Positions 38,295-48,237 of a stretch of 64,000 nucleotides of DNA are shown here, one piece after another. Made by a program: the position numbers and the translations under genes. Each line of letters begins with the position of its first letter. The first letter of the stretch is position 1. The notes beneath the pieces were generated by a model. The model did no database searches. It was not told the DNA's origin and saw nothing but the letters and a program-made list of their open reading frames with translations. The stretch is from IMG/VR virus record IMGVR_UViG_3300020190_000004. One strand, given 5' to 3'. Source of the DNA: a virus (Duplodnaviria > Caudoviricetes).

Positions 38295-39871
38295 TTTTTT
38301 TTTAAGTACTCGACTTCATCACCAACACCAGCACCTAATCCTTCAGTTACATGAGTAAGCTCAGAAACTTGTTTCTGAATTTTGTAATACTCATCTTTAA
38401 GATTGGAAATCTCTTCATCGATAGCAGAAACCAATTCTTTTATCTCATCGCTTTCACGAATTTCAGTATCAGCTATATTTTCGATTTGTTGCTTTCTTTC
38501 TTCAAGATGTTTGATAGCTGAAAGGTATTCTCCTTTCTCTTCATTTAGTTTGTTAATCTTTGCTTCTTCGTTAACGATAAAAGTATCAAAAGTTAAACCT
38601 AAATCAAAATTAGCAAATTCCAACACTAAGTTACGTGATTGAACCGCGTTACAGTCATTATAGAATTTGCTTTCTTTCATAGCAACATCTACTGTATTGA
38701 TGTATGTCTTATCGCCAAGAACAAAGATATCAGCTCGACGATTAGGATTGCTCTTAGGATAAACCGACTTAACAAAGTCAAGTTCAAAGATTGCGTCCCA
38801 GTTCTCAACGATTTTACCCACCGCTGTAATAACTTCCTTTTCATCAAAGCGGAAGATTCCAGAATTAAGGTATACCGCATGGAATTCATTGATAGTTACT
38901 TTTTTATTATTGATGTAGATTCCTAATCCTTCAGATTCTTCAACAAGTTCTACCTTTTTGTCTTTTGAAAAGATTTTCATGCGATTCTCAGAAACTTCAA
39001 CATTTGGTTGGCTCATGAATGCTGATAAGAAAGTAAAATAGTCAGGTAACTTTTTGTATTCTTCTTCAACAAGAGGGCGCATTTTTTCACCGCTCTTAAC
39101 ATAAGCTTTACCGTTCACAGCAAAGATTTCATCAGATTCGGTAACGATTACCGGAGAATAAACTTTTCCGATGTGAGCGTTATTTATGTTTCCTTTTAAT
39201 TGGAAAGATCTTTCAGATTCAACAACCACATTGTATAAAGATTTGATTGTTGGATCGTAAGCATGTTTGCTTAAACTTTCGATTAACTTAGAACGATTAG
39301 TAGAAGTTCTGCTGTTTAAGTAAGTATCGATGTCTTTTTCTAAACTTGACATGATAAAGTTAGATCTGCTATTCTTTGCTTCGTGAACAGCTTTGTAAAT
39401 CTTAATATCTTCTGCGTATTTCTCGCAGTTAGCTGTAAGAGTATTTAAGCTTTCTTTAATAGCCGGTTCAAAAGAATACGGTGAAAGAACGGAGATTAAA
39501 TTCTCAGCAACCAACCACTCAGGCTGATTTGCCATGCTGCCTAATTTCTCAAGCATGTATAATAAACTTGGGTGTTTAGACAAGTCAGAAGAAGCTGCTG
39601 CCTCTAATACTTTCTTAACTCCTAAGTTATTCATTCCATGAATTCTCTTCTCAATCTCGACGAATTCTCTTACTTCTGATTCTTGTATGTTCTCCAATGC
39701 AGAGATTAGAGATTCTGCTATAGCGTTCTCTGCTTTCGCCGCATCAGCAGGTGAAAGGTTAAGGTAAGAATACTCAGCATGTTTCTTAAGTGCTTCATTA
39801 CAAGCAGCGATAGCATCGGTTGATCCAGATTTAGATATGAATCCCTCAATTCTTGTTTTGATTTTTAACAT
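38288..39871 (-). CDS. Large helical/coiled-coil late protein (possible head internal/scaffold-type protein); extendable by -1 slippage
   Basis: 527 aa, GATATATA upstream, ends at TTA AAA AAA AAG CAA TAG. Confidence 0.75.
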   Translation of the reverse strand: MLKIKTRIEGFISKSGSTDAIAACNEALKKHAEYSYLNLSPADAAKAENAIAESLISALENIQESEVREFVEIEKRIHGMNNLGVKKVLEAAASSDLSKHPSLLYMLEKLGSMANQPEWLVAENLISVLSPYSFEPAIKESLNTLTANCEKYAEDIKIYKAVHEAKNSRSNFIMSSLEKDIDTYLNSRTSTNRSKLIESLSKHAYDPTIKSLYNVVVESERSFQLKGNINNAHIGKVYSPVIVTESDEIFAVNGKAYVKSGEKMRPLVEEEYKKLPDYFTFLSAFMSQPNVEVSENRMKIFSKDKKVELVEESEGLGIYINNKKVTINEFHAVYLNSGIFRFDEKEVITAVGKIVENWDAIFELDFVKSVYPKSNPNRRADIFVLGDKTYINTVDVAMKESKFYNDCNAVQSRNLVLEFANFDLGLTFDTFIVNEEAKINKLNEEKGEYLSAIKHLEERKQQIENIADTEIRESDEIKELVSAIDEEISNLKDEYYKIQKQVSELTHVTEGLGAGVGDEVEYLKKKQ

Positions 39872-39895
39872 TTTTCAAAGATTATTTTCTTGTAG

Positions 39896-39903
39896 TATAT
39901 ATC
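39896..39903 (-). promoter_or_regulatory. Putative late promoter GATATATA
   Basis: Exact motif. Confidence 0.6.
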
Positions 39904-39924
39904 TTGTTTTGTTCCGCATTTTTA

Positions 39925-41466
39925 TCATTGGATTTGAATTTTTCCAATGACAGGTTCTACTTCAATAAGCGTCCCTGTGTGTTGTCCAGTAACTATATTA
40001 TTTATCTCAATGTAATTTTGTCCAAAATCAAAGGAAACTATAACAGAACCGGCGGGTATGCCCAGTCCTGACACAACTTTACCCGTCAAGTCGCCATTTT
40101 GTAAAAGGGTGCCTAATGACGGAAACACATTAGTTATTCTCTTATTAGCAGGCGTTGGTAATGTATTGTCAACATCTCCGGTAAAAGTAACAGTATTTAG
40201 AAGATAGCCAAAAGTCAGTTCGGTATTTGCATCTTCTATCTTAATCTCAATTTCATTAAGAGGTGTTACCCAAAAGTCGGCACCTGAAAAAGTTATAGTT
40301 GCACCGGTAACGCTTCCACTTTGAACTACAGCCTGAATATCTGGCGGCGACGGCGGGTTTACTGGGTTTGGTACCGGTCCAATTACCGACATTTGTATTG
40401 AATCGCCGTTAGTGTATGAAAAGCCTTGGTTTAATATAACAACTGAGTCAACTGAACCAAATACATTTGTAATAGCTCTAATTTTTGCATCCCTGCCGGT
40501 GTCAGAAATAACTGCAAGTTTTTGCGGCTCGCTGTCTATCTCTATTCCGTTGATATCAAAGAATGGAATTTTCCAATCATACGCTCCGTTGTTATTAATG
40601 TTATTGGCAAACTTGACCCATGTAGAAGATCCAAAAAGTCTGTAGTATAGGTTAACTCTTTGTATAGGTCCAGTGTTTGTCCAGGTTATAGGAAGAATTC
40701 CATCTGAAAAGTATTTTTCATTTGCGTTAGGAGTTTCAATTGTAAATCTTGGTGCTACATATCTTTCAGAAGAAGTATCTTGTTGATTAAACCCTGACAC
40801 ACGGTTTGAGTTGCTTCTTTCTGTTGTTGAGTCAAAGACTGGGTAATAAGTTTCAACAGTTATACCAAACTTAACAGTTGTTCTTGCATTTGTCTGGTAA
40901 GTAAATTCAAAAGTTTTGTCTACTGTGTAGTCTTCAGAAAAGCTTGCTTGGCATGGTATTCTTAATCCTCTAAAGTTAACCGAGAATACTTGTACTTTAT
41001 AGAATGTTTCCATGACTGCTTGTTCAATCTTGAAAGCATCTAGGTTGGTGTCTACTTCTACCTCTACATCAAAGTTCATTGTGATAGGCAAAGAGTTTAA
41101 GTAAGCACTAAACGTTTGTAATTGACCGTTTACTTCTTTAACATAATTGCCTCTCACAAAACGGTGAGTCATTTTTGCTGTGTCGATGGTCTTTGCTGTC
41201 ATTGTTGCAATCCCTCTTGGTATTACATCATAGTTTCCGTCAGCGTGACGAGGGTTAATACAATCATTCCACTCTAAAAAGTAGTCTTGTAAGAATCTTT
41301 CATCGCCACCCATGTTATAGAAGAACGGAACGTATACCGTATCTATAGAAGTATCTGATAAGATGTTATCAAAGAAGATTTTGCTGTTAAGCAGGTTAAC
41401 AAACCCTACTATGACAGCTCGTGAATGGACGTTATCGGTGTTGTATTTATGTAAAAATTCTCCCAT
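39925..41466 (-). CDS. Tail terminator/sheath stabiliser (T4 gp15-like) with C-terminal Ig-like extensions
   Basis: VYVPFFY..G.ERFL...PRG...LPITMNFDVEV...DAFKIEQAVMETF; then ITWTNTG...VNLYY...NNNGAYDWKIP. Confidence 0.7.
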   Translation of the reverse strand: MGEFLHKYNTDNVHSRAVIVGFVNLLNSKIFFDNILSDTSIDTVYVPFFYNMGGDERFLQDYFLEWNDCINPRHADGNYDVIPRGIATMTAKTIDTAKMTHRFVRGNYVKEVNGQLQTFSAYLNSLPITMNFDVEVEVDTNLDAFKIEQAVMETFYKVQVFSVNFRGLRIPCQASFSEDYTVDKTFEFTYQTNARTTVKFGITVETYYPVFDSTTERSNSNRVSGFNQQDTSSERYVAPRFTIETPNANEKYFSDGILPITWTNTGPIQRVNLYYRLFGSSTWVKFANNINNNGAYDWKIPFFDINGIEIDSEPQKLAVISDTGRDAKIRAITNVFGSVDSVVILNQGFSYTNGDSIQMSVIGPVPNPVNPPSPPDIQAVVQSGSVTGATITFSGADFWVTPLNEIEIKIEDANTELTFGYLLNTVTFTGDVDNTLPTPANKRITNVFPSLGTLLQNGDLTGKVVSGLGIPAGSVIVSFDFGQNYIEINNIVTGQHTGTLIEVEPVIGKIQIQ

Positions 41467-41471
41467 TTACG

Positions 41472-41479
41472 TATATATC
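41472..41479 (-). promoter_or_regulatory. Putative late promoter GATATATA (5 nt from ATG)
   Basis: Exact motif. Confidence 0.55.
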
Positions 41480-43154
41480 ATTCAATCTTTTCTAGCTTGA
41501 CATTGGAAAAACCGTTATTCTTCGAGATTTCTAAACGATAATCAAATATCTCTGTGGGTAATTGACTGTGGTTTATCACAAAGATGTTTAAGTTAAGTTC
41601 TCTACAAGTCTTATGCAAAACTTTTAGAATATGGTAAATACCGTCGCTATCTATAGATGAAAAGATTTCATCGAGGAATATAAGGTTTACCCCAGCAAAT
41701 TTCATTTTCATCAATCGAATAAGAGCGAGCAAAGCTGTAAAGTCAATTTTCTTTCTCTCACCAGTACTTAATTGATCAGGAGATACGTTAAAGCCGAGAT
41801 GTTGTATACTAACTTCAAATTCTTCATTAAAAGAAACCCGGTAGTCCATGTTTAAGTCCTGTAATACTTTACGAATTTCTGAATTAAGCAAAGGCAAGAT
41901 TCTTTTTATAGCAGTTAACTTAACACCTTTATCCCCAAAGATGTCTTCAATGATTTTGTAAAAGTTTGCTTTCTTTTCTTCGATATCTTTGCGATGAATT
42001 GCTTCATCTTTCTTTGTCTTAGAGTCATCGATGATGTTATTAAGCGAAGCTGTTTGACTATCATCAATTACCGATGTGTCAATGTTTTTATGTTCTTGTG
42101 AGAGAGAAGATCTTTGAGTTGAAGCAACGATCTTATTCTTATTCATGGTATCATACATTTCTTGTAGCTTTGCTCTCTTTTCTGACACTTCTCTCTGTGC
42201 AGTGCGAATTTTTTCAATTTCTTCCTCTGCCTCGCGATTCTTTTTAATATATTCCTCAAGAAGAGACTTGTGGTAGTCTGATGTAAGATCGCTTTCGCAA
42301 GTAGGACACTGTCCACCTTCATATAGACTAATCTTTTTATGTCTATCTTTACATTCATACTCAAGGGATAACTTAAGAGAGTCCCAAGAATTAAGAGATT
42401 CTTGGAGCTCTTCATCTTTCTTATTGACATTCGTTAGATATTCAGATGCTTTTTGAATATAAGAATCTAACTTTCGTATCTTTTCTTCTAGTTCTGCTTT
42501 CTTTTCTTCGCCGTCTTCTTTAAGCTTTTCATTGAGATTCTTAAGCTCATTTTGGGAATTTTGTATCGTTCTTTCTAAGACAGAAAGTTCGGTTAAGATG
42601 CTTTCAGCTTGTTCTTTCAAAACCTTTATCTGATACCTTACTTTCCATTTAATAGAGCCCAATATCTCCAAACCAAAAAGTCTGTCTATGATCATACGTT
42701 TATCATGGACCCGCATAGATATAAAACTTTTGAAATCATTTATGGAAAGACTTATCATATTATTGAAAACATAGAACGGTATTCCTAGTATTTCATCTTC
42801 AAGAAATTCTTGCATGTTTTTCTTACCCGCTTGGTCGTATTCTATGCCGTTTACAAACAGCTTGAATACATTAGGTGCTATGCCTCTCTCGATAGTTACC
42901 AATGTAGTTGGATTCTTTTCAAGATTGATTCTACAAAAAGCATTTCCGTTAAAACGATTTGGTATGTCACGCAAATGTTTGTTATCAAGTTTGCCGTAAA
43001 GGCCAAACTTAATTACATCAGATATTGTGCTTTTACCTGCGCCATTAGAACCAACGATCAGATAAAAGTTACCCTGCTGATCGTCAAATGTTATCTTCTG
43101 GGTATTATTTCCATAAGATCCAAAGTTTCTCCATTCTATACTAGTTATTTTCAT
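41478..43154 (-). CDS. gp46: Recombination endonuclease ATPase subunit (T4 gp46/Rad50/SbcC-like)
   Basis: GSNGAGKST, zinc hook CPTC, signature LSTGE, Walker B FLDEIFSSID. Confidence 0.95.
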   Translation of the reverse strand: MKITSIEWRNFGSYGNNTQKITFDDQQGNFYLIVGSNGAGKSTISDVIKFGLYGKLDNKHLRDIPNRFNGNAFCRINLEKNPTTLVTIERGIAPNVFKLFVNGIEYDQAGKKNMQEFLEDEILGIPFYVFNNMISLSINDFKSFISMRVHDKRMIIDRLFGLEILGSIKWKVRYQIKVLKEQAESILTELSVLERTIQNSQNELKNLNEKLKEDGEEKKAELEEKIRKLDSYIQKASEYLTNVNKKDEELQESLNSWDSLKLSLEYECKDRHKKISLYEGGQCPTCESDLTSDYHKSLLEEYIKKNREAEEEIEKIRTAQREVSEKRAKLQEMYDTMNKNKIVASTQRSSLSQEHKNIDTSVIDDSQTASLNNIIDDSKTKKDEAIHRKDIEEKKANFYKIIEDIFGDKGVKLTAIKRILPLLNSEIRKVLQDLNMDYRVSFNEEFEVSIQHLGFNVSPDQLSTGERKKIDFTALLALIRLMKMKFAGVNLIFLDEIFSSIDSDGIYHILKVLHKTCRELNLNIFVINHSQLPTEIFDYRLEISKNNGFSNVKLEKIE

Positions 43155-44247
43155 AGGATTTCTTTTCTTCCATTTCTATAAGAGCTTCATGATACAAGCG
43201 GTTGCTCACTTCTTTTAGCTTTTCTTTAATCTGTCCTGTGTAAGGCAAAACATCTACATAATTTTCTATCATTGTAAGTAGACTTATTTCTTGTGATAAG
43301 CCGTCATTGCCAATTTCTTCAACAGATTCAGATTCTTCATCTGTTATGATAACATGATTGATTCTTCTATAGCCTGTAAAGTTCTCAATAAATGATGAGA
43401 ACGGAAACTTAAGGGACCAATGAGGCGTGATTAAGATATCAACAAAGTTATTGTAAAAAAGCTCTTGTAACTCATCAATGCTTTTCTCCATGATCCATTC
43501 TAATCTGTACTTTAAAAACTTGGGGGAAACAACATTTTCCCAGCATTGTTCTTGGTCTGTCTCAAGATCATATAACCAAACTGCTTTAGTATTACCCATA
43601 TCTGAACGAGTAAGTTCATAGGGGGTTCCAAGCATTCTCAAGTTTTTAAGTTTTTGTGAAAAGTGAATGTGACCTGAATAAACCCTGTTGTAACCTACAA
43701 ATATCTCTACATCATTACCTTCTTCTATCTTAGTGTAACGATTAAATGATAAACCTTTCACGTCAGCGTGACAAAACATTACATCAGCAGAATTAGCAGG
43801 ATCTTTAACAATGTCAGATAAATCGTGGTGATCTTCAACCCAAGGTAAGAAAAACATTTTCTTACCGCTAAGCGTTTCAACCATAGTAGGTTCTTCAAAG
43901 ACGGTTATATTTGACATATGTTTGAATATCTTCATGGAGTTAATCTCGTTTGAGTATTTCATAAAGATATCGTGATTACCCACAATTGTGTAAACGGGCA
44001 TGATATTGGTTATGGCCTCCATGATATGAATTGCTTTATTCATTACATAAAGGTTGATTGACTGTCTTGAGTCAAATGTATCACCACAGTGTACTACGAT
44101 ATCGCCCGGTCGACCGTGCTCTTTAAGAAGTGGTATGAATTGATTCATAAAGAAGTTCTCCATGATATCCATCCACTCTCTTGAGTTAGACCTAACCCCA
44201 AAGTGAGTGTCAGACACTAACCATACTCTTTTTGCATCGATTACCAT
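43141..44247 (-). CDS. gp47: Recombination endonuclease nuclease subunit (T4 gp47/Mre11/SbcD-like)
   Basis: SDTHFG, GDTFD, VGNHD, SGHIH. Confidence 0.95.
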   Translation of the reverse strand: MVIDAKRVWLVSDTHFGVRSNSREWMDIMENFFMNQFIPLLKEHGRPGDIVVHCGDTFDSRQSINLYVMNKAIHIMEAITNIMPVYTIVGNHDIFMKYSNEINSMKIFKHMSNITVFEEPTMVETLSGKKMFFLPWVEDHHDLSDIVKDPANSADVMFCHADVKGLSFNRYTKIEEGNDVEIFVGYNRVYSGHIHFSQKLKNLRMLGTPYELTRSDMGNTKAVWLYDLETDQEQCWENVVSPKFLKYRLEWIMEKSIDELQELFYNNFVDILITPHWSLKFPFSSFIENFTGYRRINHVIITDEESESVEEIGNDGLSQEISLLTMIENYVDVLPYTGQIKEKLKEVSNRLYHEALIEMEEKKSYENN

Positions 44248-44672
44248 TAGAATAGTCTTTTAATTTTTCGTTTGGAAAAGATATGATACTTGGTATCAAG
44301 TTCTCTTAGAATTCTTTCTTTATGAACAGGCGCTAATTCATTATAGAGAACCTCATAGGGAATGCTCATAAACTCGGCTATGTTAATGAATTTATCAATA
44401 GCCGATATGTCAGCGTTATCAGGAAGTCTTTCTTCAAAGTAATAGTAAATGTTGGCAGCCTCACTCTTGGAAACTTTCTTGCTCTTCGAGAACTCTTCGT
44501 AGTATACTGATGTTAAGAATATCTGATAGATATCTTCTTGCAGTTGATTTTCTACAAACTCGTCATGTGCGTCTTTAGAAATAAATTCTGACTTAGCACT
44601 TATCTTACCAAAGATTTCGTACTCAATCTCACCTGTGTTGAATTTGTTATTAAAGATTTTGTCTTCTTTCAT
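44247..44672 (-). CDS. Hypothetical protein
   Basis: 141-aa ORF coupled between helicase and gp47. Confidence 0.65.
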   Translation of the reverse strand: MKEDKIFNNKFNTGEIEYEIFGKISAKSEFISKDAHDEFVENQLQEDIYQIFLTSVYYEEFSKSKKVSKSEAANIYYYFEERLPDNADISAIDKFINIAEFMSIPYEVLYNELAPVHKERILRELDTKYHIFSKRKIKRLF

Positions 44673-45973
44673 TAGTCATTGATTATTTGTGAGTCCAGAT
44701 CTTCGATTATTCTCATTAGGTCATAATTAATTAAGAACTTTTTTCTACTGTTTTTGTAACCATCGTCACGGTTTGCGATTAGTTTTAATGTGTACTCGCG
44801 GTTTGCGTGCATTACTTCATCTTGTATGATACCAAACATAGCGTCCACTGTGTGACCGAGCGCAGAAGATTCTGAAATGTTTGTTGCATTTAAGTCAGTG
44901 CTTCCAAAACCGCTACGGTTAACCTGTGTGGCTGTAATGACTGCCCAATCATTTCTCATTGCCATAGCTCTTAAATCTTCAGCAATTTGTTTGATCTTCA
45001 TGTACATATTCTCAGTATTAGGATTTCTCCAGTTCTTAAGTATGTTTACATAATCAAGAACAATTACCTTAAACTTAAAGCCTTTTAACTCTTCCATTTT
45101 TTTAAGCCACATTTCAATATCGGGAACGCCTGCAGCTGAAGTTGGAAATTCTTTAACGTAAAGTTTGCCTGGGACCTGTAAGCTATCATATCCTACGTTG
45201 GTAAGTTTCTTTTTCATGCCCACAGAGTCCTCAGCATTTTTACCATACTCTCTCATTGTGATACCAAGTAAGTTTGCACCAAGACGTTTTACAACTTTTC
45301 TATCTCTCATTTCAAGGGACAAGACGGCAGTGTTGTAACCTAATCTTACGCTGTTAGCAGCCATGTTAGCAAGCCAGATTGACTTACCAATCTTCATTTC
45401 ACCGATAAAACAAAAAAGTGCTTTAGAGTAAAACCCACCGCCAAGTACAAGGTCAACATAAGGAAAACCGGAGCTAAATGTATCTGTAGTGGGCTGATTA
45501 TGAGAGTCAGGATTAAAGAAATCAAGGCCTTCATCAAAACCAAACTGTATGTTGTTTCTGTCATTAATTAGAGACTTGGCGGTTTGTACAACTTCTTTAA
45601 CATTTTCAGCGTTAATGCTAGTAGTCTTTAAGTATGAAATAAGATCATAAACCGATAGGTCAAGATTCTTATATTCTATCCAAGCTTCTGAAGATTCTCT
45701 TAGCCATTCTTCATCATATTCGCTTAGGTCATTTTCAAAAAGAAGATGAATTTTGGACTCAGTCAAGTCTTCTTGCAGCCCTCTTGTTTTAGTAATTTCA
45801 ACTACTTGATTTTTTGTTGGTGCTTTTCCGTACCTGCCAATAAATTCTACTGATAAGTCATATATCTTTTTAATGTCTTCTGACTCAAAGAAGCGAGGCT
45901 TTACAATGTTTGTAAGCTCTTTCTTGTCCATCAAGTAATGATAGAATAATTTTTCTAAATGTGTTGATACCAT
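44672..45973 (-). CDS. gp41: Replicative DnaB-like helicase (T4 gp41-like)
   Basis: Walker A GEMKIGKS, LSLEM, VLDYVNI, TATQVNRSG, ISESSAL. Confidence 0.95.
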   Translation of the reverse strand: MVSTHLEKLFYHYLMDKKELTNIVKPRFFESEDIKKIYDLSVEFIGRYGKAPTKNQVVEITKTRGLQEDLTESKIHLLFENDLSEYDEEWLRESSEAWIEYKNLDLSVYDLISYLKTTSINAENVKEVVQTAKSLINDRNNIQFGFDEGLDFFNPDSHNQPTTDTFSSGFPYVDLVLGGGFYSKALFCFIGEMKIGKSIWLANMAANSVRLGYNTAVLSLEMRDRKVVKRLGANLLGITMREYGKNAEDSVGMKKKLTNVGYDSLQVPGKLYVKEFPTSAAGVPDIEMWLKKMEELKGFKFKVIVLDYVNILKNWRNPNTENMYMKIKQIAEDLRAMAMRNDWAVITATQVNRSGFGSTDLNATNISESSALGHTVDAMFGIIQDEVMHANREYTLKLIANRDDGYKNSRKKFLINYDLMRIIEDLDSQIIND

Positions 45974-45979
45974 ATAGTT

Positions 45980-46006
45980 GTTATATACATCTTGGATAAA
46001 TAGTTC
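45980..46006 (-). promoter_or_regulatory. Putative ECF-type promoter GAAC-N17-TATAAC
   Basis: Recurring bipartite motif; only 6 nt from the helicase ATG. Confidence 0.6.
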
Positions 46007-46319
46007 ATACCCAACGGTGGCTATTCAGCTTATATGAGTTTGCTGAAGATTTGATTAGGTCTACATTAAAGTCTGCGGTTTCTTTATCTTCGGAAAGGTA
46101 GTCGAGAAAACCTCTTAGGTCTTTAATAGTGCCTAACACAATCTTCATTCTTTTCCAAATGGATTCTGCTGTGAAATCTTTCTCCAGCATATCCTGGTCC
46201 TCTAGTGTACTCACCAAGATATACTCGAGATCCTGATGACTTGGGTAGCCTTTCAAATCTTGGTATATCTCAAGTGCGTACTTTACAGGAAGCTTTCTAT
46301 GATTAATCTTCTGAGCCAT
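46005..46319 (-). CDS. Hypothetical protein
   Basis: 104-aa ORF overlapping the uvsX end. Confidence 0.6.
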   Translation of the reverse strand: MAQKINHRKLPVKYALEIYQDLKGYPSHQDLEYILVSTLEDQDMLEKDFTAESIWKRMKIVLGTIKDLRGFLDYLSEDKETADFNVDLIKSSANSYKLNSHRWV

Positions 46320-47565
46320 CGCCGATATCCATTATGTCATCAGATATTTCACTTAAGTCATCTATCGAAGTGATGTTCGGTAACATGAATGTTTTCTTAA
46401 TTATGTTCTCATCAAGATCTCTTAGCACTTCTTCAGTAATAACTTTTGAAGTAAAGAATTCGTTAGGTGAAACAGTACATCCAATGTGTCGAACTGCAAT
46501 CGTGCGAGCGGTTGGTTTATCTTCAAAAAATAGTACTTTTTCGTTACCCGCGGCATCTTTATGAACAAAGCGAGTTTTGTTGATTTCTGTTCTCTTTTCG
46601 TTATTTGGTTCATCAGGACCGTACCACTTATCGACTTCTTTTTCAGTTAATAGCTTACCTTTTTGAATGCCAGCAGTTTCCCAGTTAATGAACTGTTCTA
46701 AACCAACGTAAGGATTCATACCTTTATAGAAGCTAATATGAAACTTAACAGGAAGAGGGCGAGCAAAGCGATTCTTAGCTGGTTTAGAAGTTACTACGAT
46801 ACCAGTTTTCATAGCGAATCCGTTTGCACCAATAGCGCCTTCTTTAAGACCAGCTTTAGATAACTGAACAATGATTGAAGCATTGTAGATTGCACCACCT
46901 CCGCCAGAAATTGTTTGTCCTGGGATAAACGAACCTATGGAAGCATAAGTGTGGTTAGTGAATATGAAAGGTATCTTAAATTCAGCTAAGTCTGTAGTAA
47001 TTACACGGAAAAGAGAACGAAGATCTTGCTGCTTCGTCATATCTTTCTTTTCACTACCTGAAGCTGCATCAGCGCGTTCTTTGGTAGTTGCGAGGTTTCC
47101 CAGTGAATCCAAGACAAGCATGATCTTTGGAAGTTCGGTGCCTTTATCCTTTGCTTTCTTTAATTGGTCACACAAGTTTGTAACAAAGTGACGTACTTCA
47201 AGTGAAGTGCTTACGGGTTGGTAACGAACGCCTTCTGGGTCGATGCCAAAGTTTTTCATCGTGTCTTCGTCTACGGCAGCTTCGGAATCACAGTATATAA
47301 TATGATATCCCATCCTCTGAGCTTCACGGCAGGCATTCAGGGTTAAGAAAGTTTTTCCGGTTCCTGACTCCCCTGCGAAGCAAATAGATCTGCTGTTTGG
47401 GATACCACCAAAAAGTGACCCTGTTAATTGCGCGTTAAATAGATAGTTGCCTGTTGGAATGTATTCATCTACTTTGGAGAAAGTGTTGTGAGTGATGATA
47501 GAGCCTTTAGGATTGATCTTAGTAAGTGCTGCATCTAATTCTGCGAAAGAAATTTTTTTTGCCAT
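46303..47565 (-). CDS. uvsX: RecA/UvsX-like recombinase
   Basis: AGESGTGKT, YCDSEAA, LVLDSLGNL, IFTNHTY, SGGGG, KNRF. Confidence 0.95.
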   Translation of the reverse strand: MAKKISFAELDAALTKINPKGSIITHNTFSKVDEYIPTGNYLFNAQLTGSLFGGIPNSRSICFAGESGTGKTFLTLNACREAQRMGYHIIYCDSEAAVDEDTMKNFGIDPEGVRYQPVSTSLEVRHFVTNLCDQLKKAKDKGTELPKIMLVLDSLGNLATTKERADAASGSEKKDMTKQQDLRSLFRVITTDLAEFKIPFIFTNHTYASIGSFIPGQTISGGGGAIYNASIIVQLSKAGLKEGAIGANGFAMKTGIVVTSKPAKNRFARPLPVKFHISFYKGMNPYVGLEQFINWETAGIQKGKLLTEKEVDKWYGPDEPNNEKRTEINKTRFVHKDAAGNEKVLFFEDKPTARTIAVRHIGCTVSPNEFFTSKVITEEVLRDLDENIIKKTFMLPNITSIDDLSEISDDIMDIGDGSED

Positions 47566-47566
47566 G

Positions 47567-47731
47567 TTATTTGATTTTTTTAAGTTCTGTCAAAGTTAGT
47601 TCTAAATCAGTGATTACTGAGTGTAACGGGTTTGACGGTTTTTTTTCGTATTCAGCTTTTGCCAACAGAATAGCAGCCCGAATGTTGCCTTCTATTCCGT
47701 CTAAAAGATTTTCTTCTTTTTTCTTTGCCAT
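47567..47731 (-). CDS. 54-aa hypothetical protein missed by the ORF track
   Basis: Manual translation MAKKKEENLLDGIEGNIRAAILLAKAEYEKKPSNPLHSVITDLELTLTELKKIK; the stop abuts the uvsX start. Confidence 0.6.
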   Translation of the reverse strand: MAKKKEENLLDGIEGNIRAAILLAKAEYEKKPSNPLHSVITDLELTLTELKKIK

Positions 47732-47785
47732 GATATTTACATTTAAGAAAAGATTAGCCTAATAAACTTATAGTGCGTATTATTT

Positions 47786-48028
47786 TCATACTTCTTCTTT
47801 TAGTTTTTTAGAATTCTTTCTAACATGCTTGACCCATTCACCTGCTATATCTTCATCTACATCAACCAGTCTCTCGGAAGATTGGACTTTTATCCTCTTC
47901 ACCTTGGCAATCGTTTCACGAGTCGGCTTGTCTTGAAGCTTATTCATCTTGGTTATCATAATTAGATATCCTACCATGTAGAGTACAAAGATGATTGTAC
48001 CCACAATAAACATTCCTGTGTTTTCCAT
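47786..48028 (-). CDS. Small membrane protein
   Basis: N-terminal hydrophobic helix MFIVGTIIFVLYMVGYLIMI. Confidence 0.6.
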   Translation of the reverse strand: MENTGMFIVGTIIFVLYMVGYLIMITKMNKLQDKPTRETIAKVKRIKVQSSERLVDVDEDIAGEWVKHVRKNSKKLKEEV

Positions 48029-48226
48029 TTATTTTCTTTTACGGTGATCGTTTCTACGTTGTCTGATGGCTATAGCAAAAGCCAGTATTGAAGGAACCCA
48101 AATTCCCACAAATATACCTTCTAGTTTCTGCCCACTGAACCAAAGGGAAACCGAGTAGAGAAAAGAAATGAAGGCAAGTACGACGGGGTAATAGAGCCCC
48201 CAGAATTCAATTAGTTTGTTTTTCAT
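48029..48226 (-). CDS. Small two-helix membrane protein
   Basis: YPVVLAFISFLYSVSLWFSGQKLEGIFVGIWVPSILAF. Confidence 0.65.
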   Translation of the reverse strand: MKNKLIEFWGLYYPVVLAFISFLYSVSLWFSGQKLEGIFVGIWVPSILAFAIAIRQRRNDHRKRK

Positions 48227-48237
48227 AGTTTTTGTTT

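Noticed and set aside
47526-47762. Plus-strand 78-aa ORF
   Set aside because: The minus-strand 54-aa ORF 47567..47731 fits the operon better.
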